Of a DNA stretch of 64,000 nt, positions 44,614 to 54,552 are shown piece by piece. The notes under the pieces were generated by a model, which did not search any database, had not been told where the DNA came from, and saw nothing but the letters and a program-made list of their open reading frames with translations. Where the stretch lies: positions 3,392,001-3,456,000 of the forward strand of contig CAWKDB010000010.1 in the NCBI GenBank assembly GCA_963848295.1, given 5' to 3'. Made by a program: the position numbers and the translations under genes. Each line of letters opens with the position of its first letter. Position 1 is the stretch's first letter. Origin of the DNA: an uncultured delta proteobacterium. Lineage in GTDB: Bacteria; Myxococcota_A; Polyangia; Haliangiales; Haliangiaceae.

Positions 44614-45321
44614 GTGATGCGCGCTGCCACGACCCGCCGAGACCGTCTCATCTCCACCCACATCGAGACCGTCCGCCGGATCGCGCTCCGGATCGCTCGT
44701 CGCTGCCCGGACTGGATCCAGCGCGACGACCTGATCTCGGCCGGCATGGTCGGCTTGGTCGAAGCGGCGGATCGGTTCGACGAGTCGCGCGCCGAGCCGT
44801 TCATCGCGTTCGCCGAGCGCCGGATCCGCGGCGCGATCATCGACGAGCTGCGCTGCGGCGACATGATGCCGCGCCGGGTCCGCAAGCTCGCGCGCAAGGT
44901 CGTACGCACGATCCGCGAGCTCACCCAGGAAAGCGGTCAGCCGCCGACCTCCGAGCGGATCGCGGCCGCGCTCGGCGTCACGATCGACGAGTACCACGAT
45001 CAGCTCGCGTTGCTCGCCGACTTCGCGGTGGGCTCGCTCGACGACGAGCTCGTGCGGATGCCGGTGAGCGGCACCGCGGCGCCCGATGTCGTGGCCGAGC
45101 GCAGCGAGGTGCTCGCGATGGTCGCGGCCGCACTCGACCAGCTCGAGCCGCGCGATCAGACGATCCTGAACCTCCACTTCATCGACGAGCTGACGTTCGC
45201 CGAGATCGGCCTCGTGCTGTCCGTGACGCAGTCGCGCGTGTGCCAGCTGATGTGGCGTGCGATCGATCGGCTGCGCCGGCACATCGGCCCGAGCGAGCAC
45301 TACGTCGCGCGCGCGGCGTAA
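44614..45321 (+). CDS. fliA: FliA/WhiG-family (sigma-28) sigma factor
   Basis: DDLISAGMVGLVEAADRFD, RIRGAIIDELR, ELTFAEIG.VL.VTQSRVCQL. Start GTG 44614 or ATG 44617. Confidence 0.88.
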   Translation: MMRAATTRRDRLISTHIETVRRIALRIARRCPDWIQRDDLISAGMVGLVEAADRFDESRAEPFIAFAERRIRGAIIDELRCGDMMPRRVRKLARKVVRTIRELTQESGQPPTSERIAAALGVTIDEYHDQLALLADFAVGSLDDELVRMPVSGTAAPDVVAERSEVLAMVAAALDQLEPRDQTILNLHFIDELTFAEIGLVLSVTQSRVCQLMWRAIDRLRRHIGPSEHYVARAA

Positions 45322-45327
45322 CCTGGC

Positions 45328-47238
45328 TCAGCTGCCGATCGCCGCGAGCACGATCGACGCGATCACCGCGACGAGCGCTTCACCCGCGATCAGCCCCGAT
45401 GCGAGCGGGACCATGTAGATGTCGGCGGTCGCCTTGCTCTTGCGCTCCCAGATGTAGCCGATGATGCCGCCGATGAACATCGTGAACACGACGTTGAACG
45501 TGACGAGGATGCCGATGCCGACCCCGGTCGGTGACGGTACCCACTTCTTGAGCTTCGGGTTCGCCTCGAGCACGGTGAACACGACGCCGAGCACCGAGAA
45601 GATGATCAGCGCGTAGAACGCGGAGGTCGGCAGACTGCTCGCGCCATCCTTGAGGATCGTCGCGAAGCCCGCCCACTTCGCCGAGATCGGCGAGTTCAGC
45701 TTCGGCGCGATCGTCGAGCCATCCGGCGCGATGCGATCGACGATGCCGTACGCCTTGCTCAGCGCCGGATACATCCACGACACCGCCGCGGCGCCGACGG
45801 GCACCGCGAGCAGCTGCATGATCGTGAGGTTGCGCGGCTTGGTGCCGATCACTTCGCCGCACTTGTAGTCCTGCATGATCGCTTCGGACGACGTCGCGAT
45901 CGTGCCGGTCGTGCCACTCGCGACCATGTTCGCGGCGATGTTGCCGGGCGCGAGTGCGGCGAACACGCCCTGCATCATGTTCGACAGCGCGCTGATCGGT
46001 CCCCAGTTGGTCTCGCCGAGCACGCGCAAGCCGACGAGCATCAGCGGCAGCGACAGCACGATCGCGGTGAGCGTCATCCACACCGGCATGGCGAGCAGCG
46101 ACGCTTGGATCACGCACAACGCGACCGCGGAGATCGCGACGCCGACGATCACGAACGACAGCGGCAGCTCGTCGCTGCCGATCTTCGCGTGGCGCAGGCT
46201 GCGGAACGTCTCGATCAAGATCCGCCAGCGCAACGCGAGCGCGGTGAGGCCGCCGGCGACGAGCATGCCGGTCGCCGGCCACATCACCCAGAGCAAGACG
46301 TCGTTCCTCGTCGGGGTCGGCCACGCGACGAGCACGTTCGTCGCCGTGTCGTGATGGATCGGCACTCCGTACTTCGTCAGGAAATACGGCGCGACGACCC
46401 ACGCGAGCACGCCGCCGATCATCATGCTGATGTTGATCCTCAAGCCGACGATCATCCCCGAGCCGATGCTGAGCAGGCTGAACGACGCGCCGACGCCGAT
46501 CTGGCCGAGGAACACGCCTTGCGGCGCGATCGTCAGCCAGCCGTTCGCGGTCTGGCCGAGCGAATCGAACCCGAGATAGGTCCACGACGGCGCCCACCCG
46601 CTCGGCAGGATCGAGATCCCGGGGATCTTCGTGTCTTCGGTGAAGATCATCAGCACGCCCGACATCGCGAGCCCGATCATGACCGCGCGAAACGCCGCGA
46701 GTGCGTTGCGCTTGACCTCGGCGCTCGCCGACTTCGGCGGATCGAGCACGGTGATCGTCTCGGCGGTCGCGAGCCCGTCGACGTACGGCAGCTTCTCGTC
46801 GACCACGAAGTGGCGACGCAACGGCACCGCGAGCAGCACACCGAGCGAGCACGCGGCGCTCAACCACAAGAACGACTTGATCGGCGTGAGCTCCATGCCG
46901 AAAATCTCCGGCCGGTTGTGGCGGAGGATCTCGAACGCTCCGAGCAACACGCACATGAACGCGGTCTGCGCCGCGCTCGTACCGGCCGCTTCGGCGAGGT
47001 TGTTCTGCCAGCGGTCGTAGCGCGAGCCGACCATGATCTGAAACAGCCGCAGGAACAGGAAGCCGAAGAACGCGGCGACGACCGACACGTTCGGTCCGAA
47101 GCCGAGCTTCAGCACCATGTACGGGTAGGACGCGCCCATGATCGCGGCGACCAGCAGGCCCGCGACGATCGTCGCGCCATCGAGGTGACCCTTGAGCTCG
47201 GTCGGATGCCCGTCGGGCACCACGGATTGTTCGGTCAC
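45328..47238 (-). CDS. OPT-family oligopeptide/metal-chelate transporter
   Basis: YMVLKLG, LAVPLRRHFV..EKLPY.DG.ATA, GETNWGP, MQDYKCG, ASGLIAGEAL. Confidence 0.9.
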   Translation of the reverse strand: MTEQSVVPDGHPTELKGHLDGATIVAGLLVAAIMGASYPYMVLKLGFGPNVSVVAAFFGFLFLRLFQIMVGSRYDRWQNNLAEAAGTSAAQTAFMCVLLGAFEILRHNRPEIFGMELTPIKSFLWLSAACSLGVLLAVPLRRHFVVDEKLPYVDGLATAETITVLDPPKSASAEVKRNALAAFRAVMIGLAMSGVLMIFTEDTKIPGISILPSGWAPSWTYLGFDSLGQTANGWLTIAPQGVFLGQIGVGASFSLLSIGSGMIVGLRINISMMIGGVLAWVVAPYFLTKYGVPIHHDTATNVLVAWPTPTRNDVLLWVMWPATGMLVAGGLTALALRWRILIETFRSLRHAKIGSDELPLSFVIVGVAISAVALCVIQASLLAMPVWMTLTAIVLSLPLMLVGLRVLGETNWGPISALSNMMQGVFAALAPGNIAANMVASGTTGTIATSSEAIMQDYKCGEVIGTKPRNLTIMQLLAVPVGAAAVSWMYPALSKAYGIVDRIAPDGSTIAPKLNSPISAKWAGFATILKDGASSLPTSAFYALIIFSVLGVVFTVLEANPKLKKWVPSPTGVGIGILVTFNVVFTMFIGGIIGYIWERKSKATADIYMVPLASGLIAGEALVAVIASIVLAAIGS

Positions 47239-47281
47239 GGCGCGTGCATAACATGGGTGAGACCTTTGATAACGTGGAGCC

Positions 47282-48445
47282 ATGACGGACTTGCCCCACT
47301 CGCCAGCGTCGGCTGGCTCGTTCCGTATCGGGCTCCAGCTCGGTACGGCGACCGCCACGCTCGAGGGCATCACCGCGCGAGTGTTCGCCGGCCGCGACCC
47401 CGAGGCGTGTCAGCTCGCGTTCGCCGACCCGACGCTGTCTCGGCGTCACGCCGAGATCTACGTCGAGGGGGGTCAGGCGTTCGTGCGGGACCTCGGCTCC
47501 GCGAACGGCACGTGGGTCGACGGCGTTCATCTCGGCCACGAACCGGCGCCGCTGCATCCCGGCAGCCAGGTCTGGCTCGGGCAGATCCAGCTCGGCGTGA
47601 GCTGGAACGTCGACGGCACGGCGACGGTGATGGCGACCGACGTGCCCGAGCAGCTCAAGGCGATGATCGCGGCTCGCCAGCAACAGCAAGCCGCGCAGAT
47701 GCCGGCGACGCCGAGCACGTCGACCCCGACGCCGGCCGCGATGGCCTATCGCAAGCAAGGCAACAACTCGAACGGCGTGCTCCTGCTCGCGCTGCCGCAA
47801 GACACATTCTTCAACGGCGCGTACATCGACGGTTACGTCGAGTTCACGTCACTCGACAACCAGACGATCGCGTCGATCACGGTCGAGCTCGTCGAGTATC
47901 ACAAGAGCGGCGCGAAGACCGGTCATGTGTGGGACCGCTTCCTCGTCCGCCAGGGGCCGTGGCAGGCCGCGCACAACGACGTGTTGCCGTTGCCGTTCCA
48001 GCTGCGGGTGCCACCGGGCGTCGCGATGTCGAACCGCGACGTCAACTGGGAGATTCGCGGCAGCGTCGACATCAACTGGTCGTTCGATATTCACGACTCG
48101 ATCCCGATCACGATGCGCAACCAGGACATCGAACGGCTGCGCGACGGCCTCGGCGCGATGGACTTTCGCGTCATCGACATCACGACGACGGCGACCGGCC
48201 AGCACTTCGAGGGCAAGTTCGCTCCACCGGCGCAGGCCGCGGCCGCGATGGGCATCAACGAGATCGATCTGACGATCGAGTACCTCGGCGCAAACCTGAA
48301 GCTTCGCATGCTGCTCGACCGCAAGGGCTTGCACCACTCGCGCGCGATCGATCAGGTGTTCGAGCTCGGCCGGCTGCGCGCCGCGTCGCAAGCCGAGGTC
48401 AACGCGACGCTCGCGACGATGCTGCAGCAGCTCGAGCAGAAATAG
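47282..48445 (+). CDS. FHA domain fused to a Spo0M/arrestin-like domain
   Basis: FHA (GRDP..SRRHAEI..DLGSANGTWVDG); C-terminal LPFQLRVP..WEIRGSVDI..SFD..D...GLGAMDFR resembling Spo0M. Confidence 0.75.
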   Translation: MTDLPHSPASAGSFRIGLQLGTATATLEGITARVFAGRDPEACQLAFADPTLSRRHAEIYVEGGQAFVRDLGSANGTWVDGVHLGHEPAPLHPGSQVWLGQIQLGVSWNVDGTATVMATDVPEQLKAMIAARQQQQAAQMPATPSTSTPTPAAMAYRKQGNNSNGVLLLALPQDTFFNGAYIDGYVEFTSLDNQTIASITVELVEYHKSGAKTGHVWDRFLVRQGPWQAAHNDVLPLPFQLRVPPGVAMSNRDVNWEIRGSVDINWSFDIHDSIPITMRNQDIERLRDGLGAMDFRVIDITTTATGQHFEGKFAPPAQAAAAMGINEIDLTIEYLGANLKLRMLLDRKGLHHSRAIDQVFELGRLRAASQAEVNATLATMLQQLEQK

Positions 48446-48504
48446 CCCGAGGCACGAACCGCGCCGAGCGCTCCCGCTCGACGCGCTGTTCGATCCTCGC
48501 CGCG

Positions 48505-50469
48505 CTACTTGTGCGGCGGCGGCTTCTTCTTCGCGTCCTCGTCAGCCTTCTTCTTGGCTGCCGCGTCGGCGTCGGCCTTCTTCTTGTCGTCGGCCGCTTT
48601 CTTCTTGTCCTCGTCGGCCTTCTTCTTGTCGTCGGCGGCCTTGGCCTTCGCCTCGTCCTGCTTCTTCTTGTTTTCGTCCGCCTTGATCCGGGCGTCGTCC
48701 GCCTTCTTCTTGTCGGCGTCGGCTTTCTTCTGCTCTGCGTCGTGCTTCTTCTGATCCTCGGCGGCCTTCTTGGTCTCGGCGTCCTTCTTCTTCTGATCCT
48801 CGGCGGCCTTCTTCTGCTCTTCCTGCTGCTTCTTCTGCTCTTCGGCCGCGTGCTTCTTGTCGTCGGCGGCCTTCTTCTTGTCTTCGTCGGCCTTGAGCTT
48901 GGCCGCCTCGGCGTCCTTCTTCTTCTGGTCCGCGTCGGCCTTCCTCTTGTCGGCGTCGGCTTTCTTCTGGTCTTCAGCGGCGTGCTTCTTGTCCTCGTCC
49001 GCCTTCTTCCTGTCTTCGGCGGCCTTTTTCTTGTCTTCGTCCGCCTTCTTCCTGTCCTCGGCGGCCTTGAGCTTCGCGGCCTCGGCGTCGTGCTTCTTCT
49101 GCTCGGCGGCCTCGCGCTTCTGCTCCTCGGCGGCGTGCTTGCGATCCTCTTCGCCCTTCTTGCGCGCCTCGTCTTCTTGCTGCTTGTGCCGCTCGTCGTC
49201 GAGCGCCTTTCTCTCGGCCTCGTGCTTCGCCTTGTCCTGCTCGAACCGCTTCGCGGCCTCTTCCTGCCGCTTGTTGTCTTCGGCTTGATGCTTCGCTAGC
49301 TCTTCCTGTTGTTTCTTCGCCTCGTCGTTGCGGCGGCGCTGCTCGTCTTCCGCGCGCTTGCGGCGATCCTCGTCGATCTTGCGCTGCTGGTCCTCGAGCC
49401 GCTTGCGATCGGCGTCGGTCCTCGCGTTGCGTTGCTGCTCTTGCAGCTGGCGCCGCTGGTTCGCGAGCCGACGCGCCTCGTCGTTGCGACGCCTCTGCTC
49501 GGCGTCGTCGCGGCGCCGCTGGTCGTCGAGCTGGCGTTGGATCTGCGCGTCTTGGTGGCGGCGCTCGTCCCATTCTTTCTGGCGCGCATGAGCACGGGCC
49601 TCGGCGTCGCGCCGCTCCTGCGCTTGCATTCGCCCGAGCTCGCTCGCTTCGAGCCGCTCGCGTTGGGTGTTGATCCGTTGGCGGCGCAGCCACTCGTCGT
49701 TCGGTCCGGCGACCCACTGATCGCTCTTGTAATGGTTGTAGCGATAGATCGGCGTCGTCGAATCGATGTAGTGGCGATAATCGCGGTTGATCAAGTGGTG
49801 ACCGAGATCGGCGTCCACGAGATCGGGACCGGCGACGATCCGCCAGCTATCGTCGGGGATATACGCCGCGCTGGTAAAGCCGATCGGCGCCCAGGCGACG
49901 TAGCCGTCGCTGATCCGCCACTGGACCCACGCGGGGCCCCACGTCGTGTCGGGCTTCCACACCCAGCGGTTCGCCCACACCCAACGGCCGTAGTGATCGG
50001 TCGCGTAGCCCCACGGGTCGGCCGACACCCACGTGAAGCCGTAGTCGCCGTTGACCCAATGACCGTTCGTGTAGGGCTGATAGTTCGGCGTCGGCGGCAC
50101 GAACACGTAGCCGTACGTCGGATCGTCGTACCATTCACCGTACGGATCGAGATCCGTATAGAACACGTCGACGCTCGGCACGTTTTGGCCGCTGACTTCG
50201 ACGGTTGCAGGTAGCTCGTCGACTTCCGGGTCGGAGTCGTACGAGACATCGACCGCCGGTGCCGGCGTTGGCGCCGCCACGGGTGCGGGCGCAGGCTCGG
50301 GTGCTACTGGCGCGGGCGCGACTGGAGCTGGCGCGGGCGTGACTGGAGCCGGCGCGGGCGCGACGTAGACCCTAGCGGGCGTGGTGGGCGCCGGCGCGGT
50401 GGTTACGGTGCAGCCCGCGAACAGCAGCGAGCACAGCGCGGAGCGGAACGAGATGGATCGGAAGAGCAT
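48505..50469 (-). CDS. DUF6600-like lipoprotein with long K/E/D/A-rich repeat tail
   Basis: Lipobox FAGC; LDPYGEW..YGYV..PY.NGHW...WVS..PWG....HYGRW...WGPAWVQWR; tail of KKAAEDQKK-type repeats. Confidence 0.8.
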   Translation of the reverse strand: MLFRSISFRSALCSLLFAGCTVTTAPAPTTPARVYVAPAPAPVTPAPAPVAPAPVAPEPAPAPVAAPTPAPAVDVSYDSDPEVDELPATVEVSGQNVPSVDVFYTDLDPYGEWYDDPTYGYVFVPPTPNYQPYTNGHWVNGDYGFTWVSADPWGYATDHYGRWVWANRWVWKPDTTWGPAWVQWRISDGYVAWAPIGFTSAAYIPDDSWRIVAGPDLVDADLGHHLINRDYRHYIDSTTPIYRYNHYKSDQWVAGPNDEWLRRQRINTQRERLEASELGRMQAQERRDAEARAHARQKEWDERRHQDAQIQRQLDDQRRRDDAEQRRRNDEARRLANQRRQLQEQQRNARTDADRKRLEDQQRKIDEDRRKRAEDEQRRRNDEAKKQQEELAKHQAEDNKRQEEAAKRFEQDKAKHEAERKALDDERHKQQEDEARKKGEEDRKHAAEEQKREAAEQKKHDAEAAKLKAAEDRKKADEDKKKAAEDRKKADEDKKHAAEDQKKADADKRKADADQKKKDAEAAKLKADEDKKKAADDKKHAAEEQKKQQEEQKKAAEDQKKKDAETKKAAEDQKKHDAEQKKADADKKKADDARIKADENKKKQDEAKAKAADDKKKADEDKKKAADDKKKADADAAAKKKADEDAKKKPPPHK

Positions 50470-50603
50470 GTGGCCTTTCGACGGTGACCGGCGCGCATCG
50501 GACGACCGCGACCGGCAGTAATTCACGACACCATAGACGAAATGCCCCGTGCGGACAGCGCGATTGGGGCTTGCAATTTGCAGTCGGAGATTTTCTGAGC
50601 TGG

Positions 50604-51143
50604 TCAGTTTCCGGCGGCGCGTTGTAGCTTCTTCGCGATCGTGAGGAGGCGTTGGTGAAGCCCGTGCGCCTGCTCGGCGATCTCGGCCAGCTCGGCGGTG
50701 CGGGCCTGGCCGGCGAGCTGCTCGGCGCGAGTCGATAGCGCCATCACCGTTTCGGCGACCGCGGCGGCATCGGTGTCTCCCGCCGGCGCCACGGTGGCGT
50801 TGAGTGCGCCGACCTCGCTCGCGATCGCGCCGAGTGCGGCCATCAGCTCGTTGATCTGTTGGTTGCGGGTCTGGACCTTCGGCGCGTGCTGGACGACCTG
50901 TTCGGCGAGCTGCTCTTGCACGCGGCGAGCACCGGCGAGCGCCTCGATCATCTGCTGCCCGGCCTGCTGTAGACGTTGCTCGCACGCGGCGAGCTCGCCG
51001 AGCGTTCCGTTCGCGCGCTCGACCTGCTTGAGCGTCTCGAGCGGCGTTCGCAGGAACAGCTCGCCGAGCCGGGCGTAGGTCGCGAGCTCGTGGTCGAACG
51101 CGCTCGCGGCGGTGACGAGCGCCGAAGACTCCGGCTTGGTCAT
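50604..51143 (-). CDS. Coiled-coil hypothetical protein
   Basis: Heptad-rich helical sequence; -10-like TAGAGT 6 nt upstream of the ATG. Confidence 0.7.
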   Translation of the reverse strand: MTKPESSALVTAASAFDHELATYARLGELFLRTPLETLKQVERANGTLGELAACEQRLQQAGQQMIEALAGARRVQEQLAEQVVQHAPKVQTRNQQINELMAALGAIASEVGALNATVAPAGDTDAAAVAETVMALSTRAEQLAGQARTAELAEIAEQAHGLHQRLLTIAKKLQRAAGN

Positions 51144-51272
51144 GGCCGGACTCTAGCCGGCCGGCGTGCCGAATTGGCGGCTCGGTGCTCCGCCGCACGC
51201 CAGCGCGTCATCTTCTCGGCGAAGCGATCGCTTTCTTGCCCTGCTCGTCGAATCGCGCCAACACTTGGCCTC

Positions 51273-52169
51273 ATGCGCCCGCTCACCGTCTCGGCCATCC
51301 TCGCCACGGCGTTGCTCGGTAGTAGTGCCCACGCGGATGGCGACGGGCTCACCGATATTCTCGGCCCGCGCGAAATCGCGGTCGGCGAAGGCTTGCGCGG
51401 CGGCGCCACCGGCGAATCGGCGGTAGGCCTCAACCCGTCGGGCTTGCCGCTGAGCCGCGAGCTCGTGTTCGAAGGTGGCTACGGCTATCGCGGCGCCGAC
51501 GCGGCGTCGCTCGTCGGCGTCTCGGCGTGCGATTCGACGAATGCGTTGCCTGGCTGCTTCTTCTACAACTACGCGAGCACGAATCCCGACTCCGACGGGA
51601 TGAGCTTGCACAGCACGGCCCAGGTCGGCGGGCTCACGGTCGCGTACCCGATCACGCCTCGCGTGTTTCTCGGTACGACCGCGAAGTACTTCCACTACTC
51701 GACGGATCTGATGGGCCAGTCCAACTCGAGCGGGTTCTCGAACGACGTCGGCCTGACCGTGCGGATGACCGACATGGTCAGCCTCGGTGCAGCGGGCTAC
51801 AACATCCTCGGCGCGACGTCCGACGACTTTCCGCGCGCGTTCGGCACCGGCCTCGTCATCAAGCCGTTGCCGATCTTGCGACTCGGCTTCGATTCGCGCT
51901 GGAAGTTCGACGGTAGCGGCGGCACCCGCTACGGCGGCGGCGCGGAGCTGATGTTGAGCTCGGGCCAGATGGCGTTTCCGATTCGCGCCGGCGCGCTGCG
52001 CGATACCGCGCTCGAGGATACGTACTTGTCCGGCGGCCTCGGGGTCGCGACCGTGAACTTCAGCGTCGACGTCGCGGCGCGCTTCGCGGTGAGCGGACCG
52101 AAGGACACCGAGGTCATCGCGAGCTTGCGGTTCTTCGGGCCGCGCATGCCGGCGCCCGGCGTGAATTAG
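51273..52169 (+). CDS. Putative outer-membrane beta-barrel protein (PorV/FadL-like)
   Basis: Signal peptide; GPREIAVG...A...NPSGL; alternating amphipathic strands. Confidence 0.65.
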   Translation: MRPLTVSAILATALLGSSAHADGDGLTDILGPREIAVGEGLRGGATGESAVGLNPSGLPLSRELVFEGGYGYRGADAASLVGVSACDSTNALPGCFFYNYASTNPDSDGMSLHSTAQVGGLTVAYPITPRVFLGTTAKYFHYSTDLMGQSNSSGFSNDVGLTVRMTDMVSLGAAGYNILGATSDDFPRAFGTGLVIKPLPILRLGFDSRWKFDGSGGTRYGGGAELMLSSGQMAFPIRAGALRDTALEDTYLSGGLGVATVNFSVDVAARFAVSGPKDTEVIASLRFFGPRMPAPGVN

Positions 52170-52183
52170 CGGAGGACTAGCGG

Positions 52184-52585
52184 CTAGAACGCGGTCAGCG
52201 CGAGCCACAGCGCGCCGAGGTGGATCGCGTAGCCGATCGCGATCGCGATGGGCCATAGCACGGCGACGAGCATCATCGCTGCACCGTCGCCGATCGCGAG
52301 CGCGCGGCCGACGATCAGACCGGTCACTGCACCTCCGAGGGCGGTGCGCGCCAGGATCGCGAGCGGGGCGTGGTAGCCGAGCACAGCGACAATCGGGTCG
52401 GCGACCGCGAGTGCGCAGCCGCATAACAACGCGGGCAGCCAGCGGCGCGGCGTGCCGGCCGGCTCGTCGACATCCGCATCGCTGCCCCGGCTGCCGCGCA
52501 GCGAGTGGACGACGTCGGCAGCCACCAAGCCGCACACCACGACCAGCGGTCCGAACAGCCCGACGCCGAGGATCAGCTTGTTCAC
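52184..52585 (-). CDS. Small membrane protein
   Basis: Four hydrophobic segments from VNKLILGVGL. Start uncertain. Confidence 0.5.
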   Translation of the reverse strand: MNKLILGVGLFGPLVVVCGLVAADVVHSLRGSRGSDADVDEPAGTPRRWLPALLCGCALAVADPIVAVLGYHAPLAILARTALGGAVTGLIVGRALAIGDGAAMMLVAVLWPIAIAIGYAIHLGALWLALTAF

Positions 52586-52601
52586 GTGGGTTGGATGCAA
52601 A

Positions 52602-52847
52602 CTAGCGGTGACCGCGTTGCTGCGTCCGGCATGAAGAAAACCGACCCCGAACCCACAATCCGAACAGCCCCTGACGCCACGATGGTTGGTTCCATGGATC
52701 GATTTGGGTGCAGATCTCGGTTCCGGGTGGTAGCCTCCCAGCCTTTCGCGGATCGCGGGTAAACGCACGCACCGCTTGACCACCGTGCACGAGCTGCCTC
52801 ACAAGCTGAGAACCGATGGTGCCGGTGGAACCGATGACTAGGATCAT
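52602..52847 (-). pseudogene. Truncated NmrA/NAD(P)H-binding protein
   Basis: MILVIGSTGTIGSQLVRQL....VRAFTRDP Rossmann start; similarity is lost after ~47 aa; divergent from marR. Confidence 0.7.
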
Positions 52848-52884
52848 GGGGCGTTCCTATCGAGGGTCATCACCTGGCCGATGA

Positions 52885-52897
52885 TTTGACCGTCAAA
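52885..52897. promoter_or_regulatory. Palindrome, probable MarR operator
   Basis: TTTGAC-C-GTCAAA just before the marR ATG, with another GTCAAA half-site in the first codons. Confidence 0.55.
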
Positions 52898-52899
52898 CT

Positions 52900-53376
52900 A
52901 TGCGGAGGTCAAACGATCGAGACGCTCTGATCGCGACCCTAAGTGCGCTCATACCCAAAGCTCAGACCGAGACGCATGGCGTAGATGACGCCGCGAGCGC
53001 GCGTCTCGGCGTGAACCGCACGGACCTGCGTTGTCTCGGGACGGTGATCGAGCACGGCCGGCTCTCTGCCAGCAAGCTCGCCGACAGCGTCGGGCTGACA
53101 CGGGGATCGATGACGATCGCCCTGGATCGGCTCGAGAAAGCTCAGCTGATCCGACGCACTGACGATCCGCACGACCGGCGCGCCGTCCAAGTCGAGGCAA
53201 CGCCGGTTGGGAAAAAGGCGATCCGCGAGATCTGGGAGCCGGTGCGCGACGCCGGGATGGCGTTGCTCGAGACCTACGACGACGACGAGCTTCGAATACT
53301 CATTAGGTTCTTCGAGGCATACGTCGATCTCCAGCGCGCCCAGGCCGAGCGGCTACGTCGCCCCAAGCGACGATGA
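52900..53376 (+). CDS. MarR-family transcriptional regulator
   Basis: LGVNRTDLRCL, LA..VGLTRGSMT.ALDRLEK..LIRR..DPHDRR. Confidence 0.92.
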   Translation: MRRSNDRDALIATLSALIPKAQTETHGVDDAASARLGVNRTDLRCLGTVIEHGRLSASKLADSVGLTRGSMTIALDRLEKAQLIRRTDDPHDRRAVQVEATPVGKKAIREIWEPVRDAGMALLETYDDDELRILIRFFEAYVDLQRAQAERLRRPKRR

Positions 53377-53817
53377 TGAGTCAGTGTTCATGGCTTGGCG
53401 AGCGAATATATCTGCCGCGATGAAGCCCCAGTTCTCAACTCACGCCGCGCAACAGCTCGAAATCGATCCCGTTAGGTGGTGCAAAGCGGGAACTGTACCC
53501 GATCGACTTGAATCATCGACGAATGGAAGACGACGCTCCGTCCTTCTCCCCAAAACACCAAGAAAAAAGGTCTTGGTGGCAGAGCCTGTGCGGCGGTGCG
53601 CCGCTACGTCGGTCGCCTCGTGGTCATCGCGATCGATCGCGGCGCAGCCGTCCAAGTGAGCGAGGTCAGCCGCGGACGGTCGATGGCGAGGACCTCGATC
53701 GGCGGCGCGAGCGGCTGTCCGCGCGAGCGGCATCGTCCACAGGCCGGCCCTGGGTTTGTGCAAGCACGTACTAGATCACGTACAATTGAATACGATAAAT
53801 TATAAGCGAAATCAAAG

Positions 53818-54543
53818 GTGGCGAGCTATGCTCGGATCGTGGCGGGTCGTCAACAAAAGCTCGTCTTCTCGCGCCGCGGCGGGAAACGCGATGGTGCTGG
53901 CCGGCCGCCTACAGGCAAGTACGGCATCCGCCACGCCGCTCGCATTCGCGTGAAGAACCACGAGCCGATCCACGTGTCGCTGCGCGCTACCAAGCGCGTC
54001 GGCAACCTCCGGCGCGATGCGATCTACGCCGCGATTCGTGGCGCGACCACCGTCGTGTCGCGTCACCTCGGCTGTCGGATCATCCACGTCAGCATCCAGC
54101 GCACGCATGTCCACCTCATCCTCGAGGCCGATAGCGGAGCGGCGCTGACCGAGACGATGCGCAGCTTCGAGATCTCGGCGGCGCGTCAGATCAATCGCGC
54201 GCTCGGCGAGGGCGGACAGGTGTTCGAGCGCTATCGCGCGAACGCGCTGAGCTCACCGCGTCAGGTGCGCAACTGCCTCGCCTACGTGCTGAACAACTGG
54301 CGCCACCACGGCGAGCATCAGCGCCACGCGACCGCGCGGTGGACGATCGACAAGTACTCGAGCGCGATCAGCTTCGATGGTTGGAAGGAGCTCCGCGCCG
54401 GTGCGCGATTCGCGATGCCGCCCGAGTACGAGCCGCTCAACGTGTGGGAGCCGAAGCGGTGGCTGCTTCGCGAAGGCTGGCGTCGTCACGGCCTGGTCAG
54501 CGTCGCCGAAGTGCCGGGTGGCTCGTTCGAACGACGTGGCTAA
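53818..54543 (+). mobile_element. RAYT/IS200-like HUH tyrosine (Y1) transposase
   Basis: HVSLR, SIQRTHVHLILEA (HUH), VF.ERY, RNCLAYVLNN (catalytic Tyr), SSA..F.GW; N-terminal RGGKRDGAGRPP. Confidence 0.8.
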
Positions 54544-54552
54544 GCTCGCGCA

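Noticed and set aside
46105..49299. 1064-aa plus-strand ORF and similar long ORFs (42741-45464, 13025-15103, 28833-30791, 45380-47800)
   Set aside because: Shadow or off-frame ORFs overlapping well-supported genes; Arg/Ala-rich translations typical of high-GC DNA.
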